Shown here piece by piece: positions 20,104 through 28,930 of a stretch of DNA of 42,198 nt (positions are counted from its first letter, which is position 1; the number at the start of each line of letters is the position of its first letter). The notes under the pieces were generated by a model that searched no databases, was not told the DNA's origin, and saw only the letters and a program-made list of their open reading frames with translations. The position numbers were made by a program, and so were the translations under genes. Origin of the DNA: Trichomonas gallinae (Eukaryota); the NCBI GenBank assembly GCA_008369845.1, contig MRSU01004210.1:1-42198 (forward strand). The letters are read 5' to 3'.

Positions 20104-20397
20104 AATTTGACCAGTAATTGATACTTTATCTTATATTTCCATGTTGAATATGTATTTATTTAAATATTATGTTATTTCTTTTTCATTTTACATTCTATCT
20201 GTGTCTAACTAACCAGAGATACTAGAAAAACACCAAATAATATTATGAAAAAATTATTTGATTTAAATTAAATAAATTTCGAGGAAATCATCTGTGATGT
20301 TTTTATTTCTTGTTTCATATATATTTGTTTAAATTAGAATGCCTGGATTTCAATACAAACAAATTAATTTTAATTGAATTATCAAAATACAAACATA

Positions 20398-21069
20398 TTA
20401 TGGTTTAGTTGAGACTTTGTGCGTATGGCAAACCCCATTTCCGCATATCATCACCGGATGATTACATTTTGAACATCTTTCGAATAATTGTTGTTTTTCA
20501 TCATTTAATATGTGCCAATAACAATATTTCGATCCATGTAATGCAATAAAGAAACATCCTTGACAGGTGCAGCATTGCAATGGAATTTTTAATGGATCTT
20601 TATTTTCTTGAAAAGTTCGATTTCGCCACAGCTTATTTATCGTTATTAAATCTTGAAAGCGTGTCAATGAAATAACTGTAGGAGCAGTAATTAACGAAGT
20701 TAGATAACAGTAATAATAATGTCGACGTTGATCAATAGTTTTGCTATTGTTATTCGCAACTTTATTAGCATTTATAAGCGTTGGTAACATTTTTAACTGC
20801 TCTTCATATAACAATAATAATTTATCAATTCTATCCACTCTCCATTTGTTTAATTCTTCACTACGAAAGATGAATTTCGACTTTGATTGAGTAGTATCGT
20901 AATTAAACTCATCTTTATTGTGATCACTATCCCTTTTTCTTGGTGACAGAAATCGTGATGTAATTAATTTTGTGGATGATGGAGGCACGTCATCTCTAGC
21001 AAATCTAGTCTTAGGTCGTATAGAATTTGGATCAACTCCTAATCTTATTAATATAGTATTTAATTCCAT
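20398..21069 (-). CDS. KANSL2/INO80D-like zf-C3Hc3H protein
   Basis: C-terminal CTCQGC...SKYCYWHILNDEKQQLFERCSKCNHPV...CHTH. Confidence 0.7.
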   Translation of the reverse strand: MELNTILIRLGVDPNSIRPKTRFARDDVPPSSTKLITSRFLSPRKRDSDHNKDEFNYDTTQSKSKFIFRSEELNKWRVDRIDKLLLLYEEQLKMLPTLINANKVANNNSKTIDQRRHYYYCYLTSLITAPTVISLTRFQDLITINKLWRNRTFQENKDPLKIPLQCCTCQGCFFIALHGSKYCYWHILNDEKQQLFERCSKCNHPVMICGNGVCHTHKVSTKP

Positions 21070-21153
21070 AATTTTGAAATGAAATGAGATTTTTTACATG
21101 ACAGATATTATATTTATAAGTCAAATACTTTTGACACTTTTAATTTTTAGTCT

Positions 21154-21537
21154 ATGGAAACATATGGAGGCCTGAAAGTTAAACGCGGCAACAAAAGGCA
21201 AAATTCAGTACCTCAAGTCAATAACAATCAATCAGAATTTCCATCATTCGCTCAGATATCACAGCCTGCCGCTCCATCTCAGCCAGCTTTTAATCCAACT
21301 CCACAACAGCCTACATTTAATCCGGTTTCACAGCCTCAGCCGGCTAAGCCACAACCCCAGTACAATGCAATGCAACAATACGTCCAAGATCAAAATTTGA
21401 TTAACAGAATTGAAGAATTAGAGGCAGAAAATAGAGAACTTACCGAAAAATGTGCGATGCAGAAATTAAGGATTCAAATTATCGAGCAAAAAATGTTCGA
21501 ATTTTATACAAAATATGCACAATTACCAAATTTATGA
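21154..21537 (+). CDS. Hypothetical protein, Q/P-rich with C-terminal coiled coil
   Basis: 127-aa ORF with GACACTTTT about 20 nt upstream of the ATG and coding-like composition. Confidence 0.75.
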   Translation: METYGGLKVKRGNKRQNSVPQVNNNQSEFPSFAQISQPAAPSQPAFNPTPQQPTFNPVSQPQPAKPQPQYNAMQQYVQDQNLINRIEELEAENRELTEKCAMQKLRIQIIEQKMFEFYTKYAQLPNL

Positions 21538-21886
21538 AACAAATATTGTGATTGGTAAGTTGTTGATATACAAATACTTACACACACTTGTAAATTGTTT
21601 GATAATATTAAATATTCATTATAAAGATAAACTTCATGATTTTAATGTTTTAATGTGATGAATTGTGAAATATTTTCTTTGGGTATGATTAGGTGATATA
21701 TTTCCAAGTTCATAAAACAATATTTTTATGATAAAAAAAATAAAATATTTTGAGGAGAACAAATTAATATTCTTTTAAGTATATGATGTGATTTTGAATT
21801 ATATATTATTTGGATAAAATCTATGGAAAAAAAATTTTTTGAATGATAAATAGTTCAATAGATTTAGTTACAACACAAGGGAATCT

Positions 21887-22165
21887 CTATTTTGCAGGAA
21901 GGAGTGGATCATTGTTAAGTCCAACTTCAACTTTCTTGCGATATGCAACAACTGCAATAATTGTAATGAGAACGCCAAATCCTGCGCATCCTGCAATGGT
22001 AATGATTCCATACTTTGTGATTGGGTAATTGACATTAGCTGTTCTTTGTGGAGTAGGTGTTGATTCATTTCCAGTTCCGCTCTCGTTGCCTAAGTGGAAG
22101 ATGTTGTAGTTCTGCTCATTGGAGTCTTCAAGCAATGAAGAAAAAGCTAAGAGGAGTAACAGCAT
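21887..22165 (-). CDS. Small type I membrane protein
   Basis: Signal peptide MLLLLLAFSS, a short ectodomain with two N-E-S sequons, TM helix GIITIAGCAGFGVLITIIAVVAY, an RKK stop-transfer and a DPLL tail. Confidence 0.75.
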   Translation of the reverse strand: MLLLLLAFSSLLEDSNEQNYNIFHLGNESGTGNESTPTPQRTANVNYPITKYGIITIAGCAGFGVLITIIAVVAYRKKVEVGLNNDPLLPAK

Positions 22166-22253
22166 AAGATTAATTGAATCTTAAAATTTTGGCACTTTTT
22201 GGAACCTCGACGATCATAACAAAAAATGACGAAAAGAGTTGTATTTATTCTAA

Positions 22254-22354
22254 TGGGGTTCATAATCATCACCATTTTTATTGGAATCACCATGATTTTA
22301 TTCGAATCATATTGATGATGATTCCAATAAAAACGGTGATGACTATAAACCTCA
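22254..22354 (-). repeat. 40-bp-arm inverted repeat / long hairpin
   Basis: Arms 22254-22293 and 22315-22354 pair at 35/40 Watson-Crick positions around a 21-nt loop. Confidence 0.9.
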
Positions 22355-22631
22355 ATATCATAAAGCGTATGACGGAAAGATGCTATATTATTAACAATGG
22401 GAGTAAACAAACAAAATTATATAAACAACTTGAAAATTTCCCAGTTAGCATTAAGTGATATTCTATAATTCTTTCTAGTTATGTCTATAGTATAACGATT
22501 CATGACGATTGAGTCAATCTAAGTGTTAATTAGTATCATCGAAGAATTTTTTAGCATTTACTAACAACTCATGATGCTAAGACAAATTTTTGTTTAAAAT
22601 ACAAGCACTCGATTCCAATAATGTGGAAAAG

Positions 22632-22988
22632 TTATTGGTTATACGATTCTACGTAGTATGCAATCTGTGCTCTATTTTCAGGTGGTTTATAATCAAGTGC
22701 AAGCTTCATATTTTCTGTTTTTTGTATAACAAGATGAACGCGTTTTTTGGCAAGATCTAATCTGTCGCAAATTTTGTTGATACGTTGTATTCCGGCGTGT
22801 AGGTCTGTTTTGGGTAATTTTACATGTACATTTTCGAATTCTTGTATTAATAAAGCAATATTTTTAGCAACTTGTGCTTGTTCCTTCTTCACGGACTCAA
22901 GCTGGTCCTGGGTAACAGATTCGAGTGTTTTATAGCATGACAATATTTCTGTGCTAATAACTTGCTGTGATTCAACGCTTTTATTCAT
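22632..22988 (-). CDS. Snapin/Pallidin-like BLOC-1/BORC subunit
   Basis: 118-aa helical protein. QLESVKKEQAQVAKNIALL...DLHAGIQRINKICDRL...VIQKTENM parallels the Snapin pattern. Confidence 0.55.
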   Translation of the reverse strand: MNKSVESQQVISTEILSCYKTLESVTQDQLESVKKEQAQVAKNIALLIQEFENVHVKLPKTDLHAGIQRINKICDRLDLAKKRVHLVIQKTENMKLALDYKPPENRAQIAYYVESYNQ

Positions 22989-23011
22989 GTTTTATATATT
23001 TATACTGTCAC

Positions 23012-23312
23012 TTTTTCATTTTCAAACAATTTTTGGCAGCATTATCAATAGCAGAGTCAATCTTTACTTGGGAAGATTTTGATGACAGTCCTACTTGCTT
23101 CTATGCTCAAAAGAGTTGAATAGAAACCTCTGTTTATCCATATGAATATATTTATAAAAAATTATATCAAATCGTAGATGTTCCAGACTATACATTGTAG
23201 TTAACTATAGTTTACAAAAAAATTATCAATTCAGGGAGTATCCCCGATGAACTTCGTTAACTTCAAGATATATGCAAAATATAACTAAGAAATGACAAAA
23301 ATTGTTATTAGC
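23012..23312 (+). pseudogene. Possible decayed gene for a secreted protein
   Basis: After GTCACTTTTT (~23007), one frame reads FLAALSIAESIFTWEDFDDSPTCFYAQKS*IETSVYPYEYIYKKLYQIVDVPDYTL*..., with several stops and no ATG. Confidence 0.3.
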
Positions 23313-23863
23313 TTCATAATTAGTGCATCATCTATGGGTTTTATATCGAATTTTACAGTCACAAAGATTGATTTCGCATTGATCGATACAATTTATAGAA
23401 AGATAGAGCAAATCCCCAAACTTATTTATTGTTTGTGCGAGTTACGGCTTTATTTTTCAAGCTTGTAGCAAATTTAGCGAATGAAAAATATATTAAAAAA
23501 TCAAATGTCCGATAGGCTTTTTGCTGATTGAATTTAAATCTTTGATATATAAAATAATAGATTTTAAAGTTCTTATTTAATGATTATGTAACGTTTTAGA
23601 ATTTATTTAATTTTTGATTTTTGTAATACTAAATAAGTACATCATACTGCATGCTTTTGAATCTAAGGTATTATATCTGATTCTCATGAATGTATAATAT
23701 CAATGTGATGAAAATTATAAAAGCCAAAAACTATGAAAGTAATGTTTTTGTATGAGGATATCACTATACAAACATATTTGATCGCATTATAATCAGGAAA
23801 AAAAGTGGTAATACTCAAAAGTCGTAAGCTGGCATGTTATATTTAGTCAAATATGAAATTTGT

Positions 23864-24289
23864 TTAAACGTAGATTGAATTTAGCATTGTAACAACTTTT
23901 TGCTTCGATGATTCAACTATTTGTCCATCTACAATAATTTCGTTCAAAGCTGAATAAGCTTGTGGTAAGTTATAAAGTATATGGAACTCAGTAATATCGC
24001 CAAAGTATTCTCTGAGTGTTTGGAAGAAGAAATCGAAAACTGAAACTACAGCGCATTCATTAGAGTCTTCTTCAACAGCAGCAATGCAATAAATGGCAAG
24101 GTAGCGTTTGTAGACTATCTTTAAATCATTATAATGGAAAGTGAATGACATCTGCTCGTTTCTTGATACGCATTGTCTGATGATTTCGCTTTCTAGCTTC
24201 TGTCGATCTTCAACACTCGGACGCTCGCCGTAATATTGTGCAAGACGGGTTTGGCCATAGCGATTAACGATTAAGAAAAACTTTATCAT
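23864..24289 (-). CDS. AP4S1: Adaptor complex small (sigma) chain, AP-4 sigma-like
   Basis: Motifs MIKFFLIVNRYGQTRLAQYY, KIVYKRY, EYFGDITEFHILYN and NEIIVDGQIVES. ATG at 24289 with an Inr TCATTTT upstream. Confidence 0.8.
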   Translation of the reverse strand: MIKFFLIVNRYGQTRLAQYYGERPSVEDRQKLESEIIRQCVSRNEQMSFTFHYNDLKIVYKRYLAIYCIAAVEEDSNECAVVSVFDFFFQTLREYFGDITEFHILYNLPQAYSALNEIIVDGQIVESSKQKVVTMLNSIYV

Positions 24290-25046
24290 TCGAATATAAG
24301 CGATAAAAAAAATGACAAATGTTAGATGATGTAAAAAAACAATCAATTAAGAGTGGGCCAAAAGCATCATATTAACTTATCATCCCTTGCTACATCACTC
24401 AGCAAACAAATTCATACATCATAGCTTTATAAGCCAGTCTTTTTATCGATGTTTTGTCATTAAATATCAAAATTAATTATTCAAAATTAATTACTATGAT
24501 TAAACTACCGTTGATTATCAATAATTGACTGCATATGTATCATTTCGGATGTAGATGCAGTTACTCACCTATATCATTAATTACAATATTATATTCCCAT
24601 GAAGCAACACTTTTAATTATGTAATTTATCTACATTTATCTGCATTCTCGAACTCTGCGATTTTATTTTTCATATTTCAACTAGAAAACTATAAATTATT
24701 GCACGCAGATTATCAAGTTAGTATTATGAATGCAGTTTGATATTTATTACAATATACTACTATTTTTGAATAGAAATTAAAGCTTATAGAAAAAATTCAT
24801 TTAAGAAATTAATAAAAATGTCAATTGAGCTATTTCAAGTTGATGTGATTATTATCTAGCTGTGCATGTAATAATATTTGATATACATGAGATTTGTGAA
24901 ATTTTAATCAATTTTCAAACTAAAATTGAGAGATAAGTGATTTCAGTCAGTATATTTTGATTAGACATGTTGATGTATGGACGAATATTCATCCGAAAAG
25001 TATGATTTTCGAATTTTATACCTTATTTTTGAAATAATAAAAGATT

Positions 25047-27749
25047 ATGAATGAGGATTTGCTATTATATGACAAAGAATTCTTTGATCCAAGCATTGTT
25101 CCTCAAACAGAATATCTTAACTGTGTGCTCCAATACTATGAGCCCGTCTATGTTTCGAATATGATTAGATTATTATTTCAAAATTTTCCACAAAACGATA
25201 TAAGTATCGAAAATGACGACAACTTTTTCAAAATAATGATTTGGATTAATCAGATTTTAGCTTATAGCATTACAGAAGAATGTTGCAAAAAGAATTCCGG
25301 AGGGAATTATTTTCAGAGCTCGATAAACATGTACATCAATATAATTAAGCGTCTTGGGAAAATTAATGATCGAGAAAAAGCAAATAAATACTTCGAAATC
25401 ATCGTTATTCAATTATCAAAAGCATTTCATCACGATTTATTTCTAGTATTAATTGAAAACGTCATGAATTCATTCCACAATTACCTTTTTAAAGATGGAC
25501 AAATTCGAAGTCATAATTTAACATCCTTAGTTATACAATTTTGTTTAGGCGGTGCTAAAAAGGTAAAAGAGCGTAAAAGAGATAAATACGTTGATTACTT
25601 CATCAAACATGCAATAAATTTAATTGCTGAAAAAGGATTTATGCAACAGAATTTATTTGATTTATACAAGTTTAAATTACAGCAATTTCAATGCTCAAAT
25701 GAGTACATTATAAGTAAATTTGAAGAATGCTATGACATAAACACGTCTTTAGAAAATTTATTAAATTATTCGATTTATCCAGAATTTGCTTTCTTTAAAA
25801 TTCTTATCGATGAGTGTGGTTCAAATTCAATCAAACGGAATGCCTTTTCTGTGCTAATAAAGAACCTGAAATTGCAATATTTTAATTTATCAGCAGAAAG
25901 TCCTGTTGTTAAGAAATGGCCAACAAAATTGATTAAGCAGCATTTTCTTCACTGGTTTTCGTCGAATACTACAATTATGATTAATGATTCTTTATCTGCA
26001 GATATTTTTGAGCTTATTTACTATGGAGAAAAGGATGATGAAAATACGCTTGAAACATATGCAAAAAATATCATAATAGACACAATTTCGACAAATCAAA
26101 ATGTTTTTTTAAATTCACTTCCTGTTATTGGAGATTTCTTAATTTCACACATCGACTTTATTTTATCATTAAGTCATGAATTCGTTAAACTTATTACGCA
26201 CATTCAATCAAACACTACTGCAATTAATTGGTTTATTATCTGTGCTAATGCTCTCCTTCAACTCAATGCATTCACTGAAACAGAGCAAGAACTCGTATTA
26301 GCAAAGATATCTTCATTTGATTCAGAATTATCTGATTTTTCTGTGCAAATTGCAATTTCTTCAATTTTCTTTTTCTGTAATAGTGCTGAGCTGTTTTTTA
26401 CAAGTATCCAGAAAATTCTGGAGCTTAATGCTGATGAAAAGAATACAGATGATCTCTCATTGGTGCAGTTTTATTTTGCAAGTTTTATTTACCATTCAAA
26501 TGATTCACGATTCAAGTCTGGTTTCACTTTAGATCAAAATATTTTAAACGAACCAAATCAAACTGTACTGGTTTCTTTGATTTTAATTGCAAATTCAACT
26601 GAATTTTTTTACGAAAATCCAGAAGTTACTAATGAGTTATTAAAATACATTGATGAGATGTTACTTGATGAACAGAATGAATATTTTGGTTTATATAGTT
26701 TGCTTTCCACATCAATTACATCAAATCACGATTTTCTTCAAGAAAATGCTCTTCAAAACTACGATCAATCTCAACTAATAGAACATTATATCACAAATAG
26801 GTTTATTTTCTCTATTATAGGCAAAAATGATTTAATTATTCATCACGCGTGTGGATCAACAGTTTTTCGAATAGAAAATAAAAGTATGATAGAGCAACTC
26901 CCAATTTTATCAACAGATCCGCCACTTTTTGAGAAAAATGAACCAGAAAAAATAGAAATTGAAGATCAAGATCCCGCGATTCAAGAAATTTTAGAGATTT
27001 ACGAATCTTTCCAAGACAAAACTGATATAAAACCATATAGAATGAGTCCTCCGATGCCAACATATAGCGATGTGTATAGCCTACTCGTTGATCTTGGTTT
27101 CTTTGACTATAACTCATGCAAAATGATAAAACGATTTGAGCAACAGGCAGATGAAATCAACAAGCTGTATATATCTAAATTCCCTATCACCATTAACTGT
27201 GGAATTCTGCAGATCGATCAGACAGGTCATTATAAATATTCAAACACAACTTTATTATCAAATCTTTTGGATGATTTGTCGAACGAAAAACCTTGCTTTT
27301 ACGCGACGCCTTTATTGAGGTATGAATATTTAATTCCTCAAGGATCAAACTCACCTAAGAAGAAAGTTTCTAACGCCTCCATTGTCCTATTGTTGAATGA
27401 AGATGACAGCGTTATTCAGACAAACTCAATGACAGAAGATATAATGTTTTTATTGTCGGTGAAACCTGTCGGAGAATATTATGAAATCAGAATAATCAGC
27501 AAGAAACAAGAATTCTTCACGCCATTCATTAAGTTTGGCTCAAGGTACTTGCCATGGTTCATACACAAGTCATCCTTGAGTAACTTCGTCAGCATTATGA
27601 CTTTGGCTCATATAATGCGAAACAAAGAGAAAAGCTTTGTTTTCATTCAAGAACTTAAGTCCAGAGCTGATTTTATTTATTTCCATTACATTAACACTCA
27701 TGTATCGTCTTTTGTGCCTTCTGAATTCGCTCAAATTCGTCAAGAATAA
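25047..27749 (+). CDS. RalGAP-beta / Rap-GAP-like protein (divergent)
   Basis: N-terminal WINQILAYSIT...SSINMY, a central LIIHHACGSTVFRI and a degenerate Rap-GAP-like C-terminus (INCGILQI...IVLLLNE). The ORF is solid; the family call is tentative. Confidence 0.45.
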   Translation: MNEDLLLYDKEFFDPSIVPQTEYLNCVLQYYEPVYVSNMIRLLFQNFPQNDISIENDDNFFKIMIWINQILAYSITEECCKKNSGGNYFQSSINMYINIIKRLGKINDREKANKYFEIIVIQLSKAFHHDLFLVLIENVMNSFHNYLFKDGQIRSHNLTSLVIQFCLGGAKKVKERKRDKYVDYFIKHAINLIAEKGFMQQNLFDLYKFKLQQFQCSNEYIISKFEECYDINTSLENLLNYSIYPEFAFFKILIDECGSNSIKRNAFSVLIKNLKLQYFNLSAESPVVKKWPTKLIKQHFLHWFSSNTTIMINDSLSADIFELIYYGEKDDENTLETYAKNIIIDTISTNQNVFLNSLPVIGDFLISHIDFILSLSHEFVKLITHIQSNTTAINWFIICANALLQLNAFTETEQELVLAKISSFDSELSDFSVQIAISSIFFFCNSAELFFTSIQKILELNADEKNTDDLSLVQFYFASFIYHSNDSRFKSGFTLDQNILNEPNQTVLVSLILIANSTEFFYENPEVTNELLKYIDEMLLDEQNEYFGLYSLLSTSITSNHDFLQENALQNYDQSQLIEHYITNRFIFSIIGKNDLIIHHACGSTVFRIENKSMIEQLPILSTDPPLFEKNEPEKIEIEDQDPAIQEILEIYESFQDKTDIKPYRMSPPMPTYSDVYSLLVDLGFFDYNSCKMIKRFEQQADEINKLYISKFPITINCGILQIDQTGHYKYSNTTLLSNLLDDLSNEKPCFYATPLLRYEYLIPQGSNSPKKKVSNASIVLLLNEDDSVIQTNSMTEDIMFLLSVKPVGEYYEIRIISKKQEFFTPFIKFGSRYLPWFIHKSSLSNFVSIMTLAHIMRNKEKSFVFIQELKSRADFIYFHYINTHVSSFVPSEFAQIRQE

Positions 27750-28135
27750 GTATATATTTGTATGTTATCTAAATTTGTTTTTATTTTCGGAATTAATTTT
27801 ACAAAACTAATATTTTATAATAAAAATTCATATCCATAATTTGATTTTTGAACAATAAACATACCAATAAATTTAAAAAATAAATTATCAGATTTGATCA
27901 TTGAGTCATAAATAATTTAATATTTAACACCATTTTAAAGATAAAGTTCATTCAGAGAGGTTTTAGAATCAGTATTGATAAATTTGAAATACAATCAAAT
28001 ATTGTTTAATCATTTTTTGATTAATAAAATCAATAGATCTACTCTTAGGTATTATATATCTAAAGTTAAATAATTTAGTACTATAAAACAGGGTCTGTTT
28101 AGGGTCTAACACCTGGTTTATCGTAAAGTTCCACA

Positions 28136-28591
28136 ATGTCTGATATTACATACAGAACTTACAAAGGAGAAGAAGAAGTTCTTGAAGTTTTCAAGTTAAT
28201 TGACGATGAGCTCTCAGAGCCATACGGCTTGTTCACATACCGCTACTTTTTGGCTGTCTGCCCACAGCACTGCTTATTAGCCCATTGCGATGGCAAGCTT
28301 GTAGGAGCAATTGTCGGCCGCGAAACAAAGAAAGAAGATGGACGTGTGAAAGGCTACATTGCCATGCTCGTCGTTCTAAAGGAACACCGTAAGAAAGGTA
28401 TTGGTAAGAAACTTGCTATCGATTTAATCGAAGAAATGAAGAAAACATGCACAGAAGTCGTCATAGAAACCGAAGTCGACAATATTCCAGCTCTCCGTCT
28501 TTACGAATCATTAGGCTTTGTCAGGACAAAGCGTCTTTTCAGATATTACCTTAATGGTAACGAAGCTTACCGCCTTAAGATTTGGTTCTAA
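28136..28591 (+). CDS. NAA30: N-alpha-acetyltransferase 30 (NatC catalytic subunit, Mak3)
   Basis: Motifs LSEPYGLFTYRYF, GYIAMLVV..HRKKGIG, EVVIETEVDN.ALRLYESLGF and KRLFRYYLNGNEAYRLK. Confidence 0.95.
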   Translation: MSDITYRTYKGEEEVLEVFKLIDDELSEPYGLFTYRYFLAVCPQHCLLAHCDGKLVGAIVGRETKKEDGRVKGYIAMLVVLKEHRKKGIGKKLAIDLIEEMKKTCTEVVIETEVDNIPALRLYESLGFVRTKRLFRYYLNGNEAYRLKIWF

Positions 28592-28930
28592 TGTTATTTG
28601 GTATCATTATATGTTCGTAATAAAGTGAAACTTCTATACACTTACTTTGGTGTTCGTCCATACAAATATACATCTATTTTTAATACAAGAACAAATTTTT
28701 CATAGCAATTTTGTAAAATTTTAATTCAATAATATGACAAATAAAATTTATTTAGTAAAATCTACTTGAAAACTTTGTTTAATATAATGACTTGTATTAA
28801 ACAATGTAATAATTAAATCAAAATGTTTATATCAAACAAAACAAAAACATATAAAAAATTAAACAGTCAAAACTGAAGCTTTGTCACTCATAACCGGTTG
28901 TCTCCTAGTCTGTGACGCTTTAATTGGCTT

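Noticed and set aside
20204..20216. TCTAACTAACCAG resembling an intron 3' end
   Set aside because: It lies 100 nt past a stop codon with no downstream exon and does not match ACTAACACACAG.
22147..22458. Overlapping ORFs on both strands at 22147-22458
   Set aside because: They are by-products of the inverted repeat, with non-ATG starts and implausible composition.
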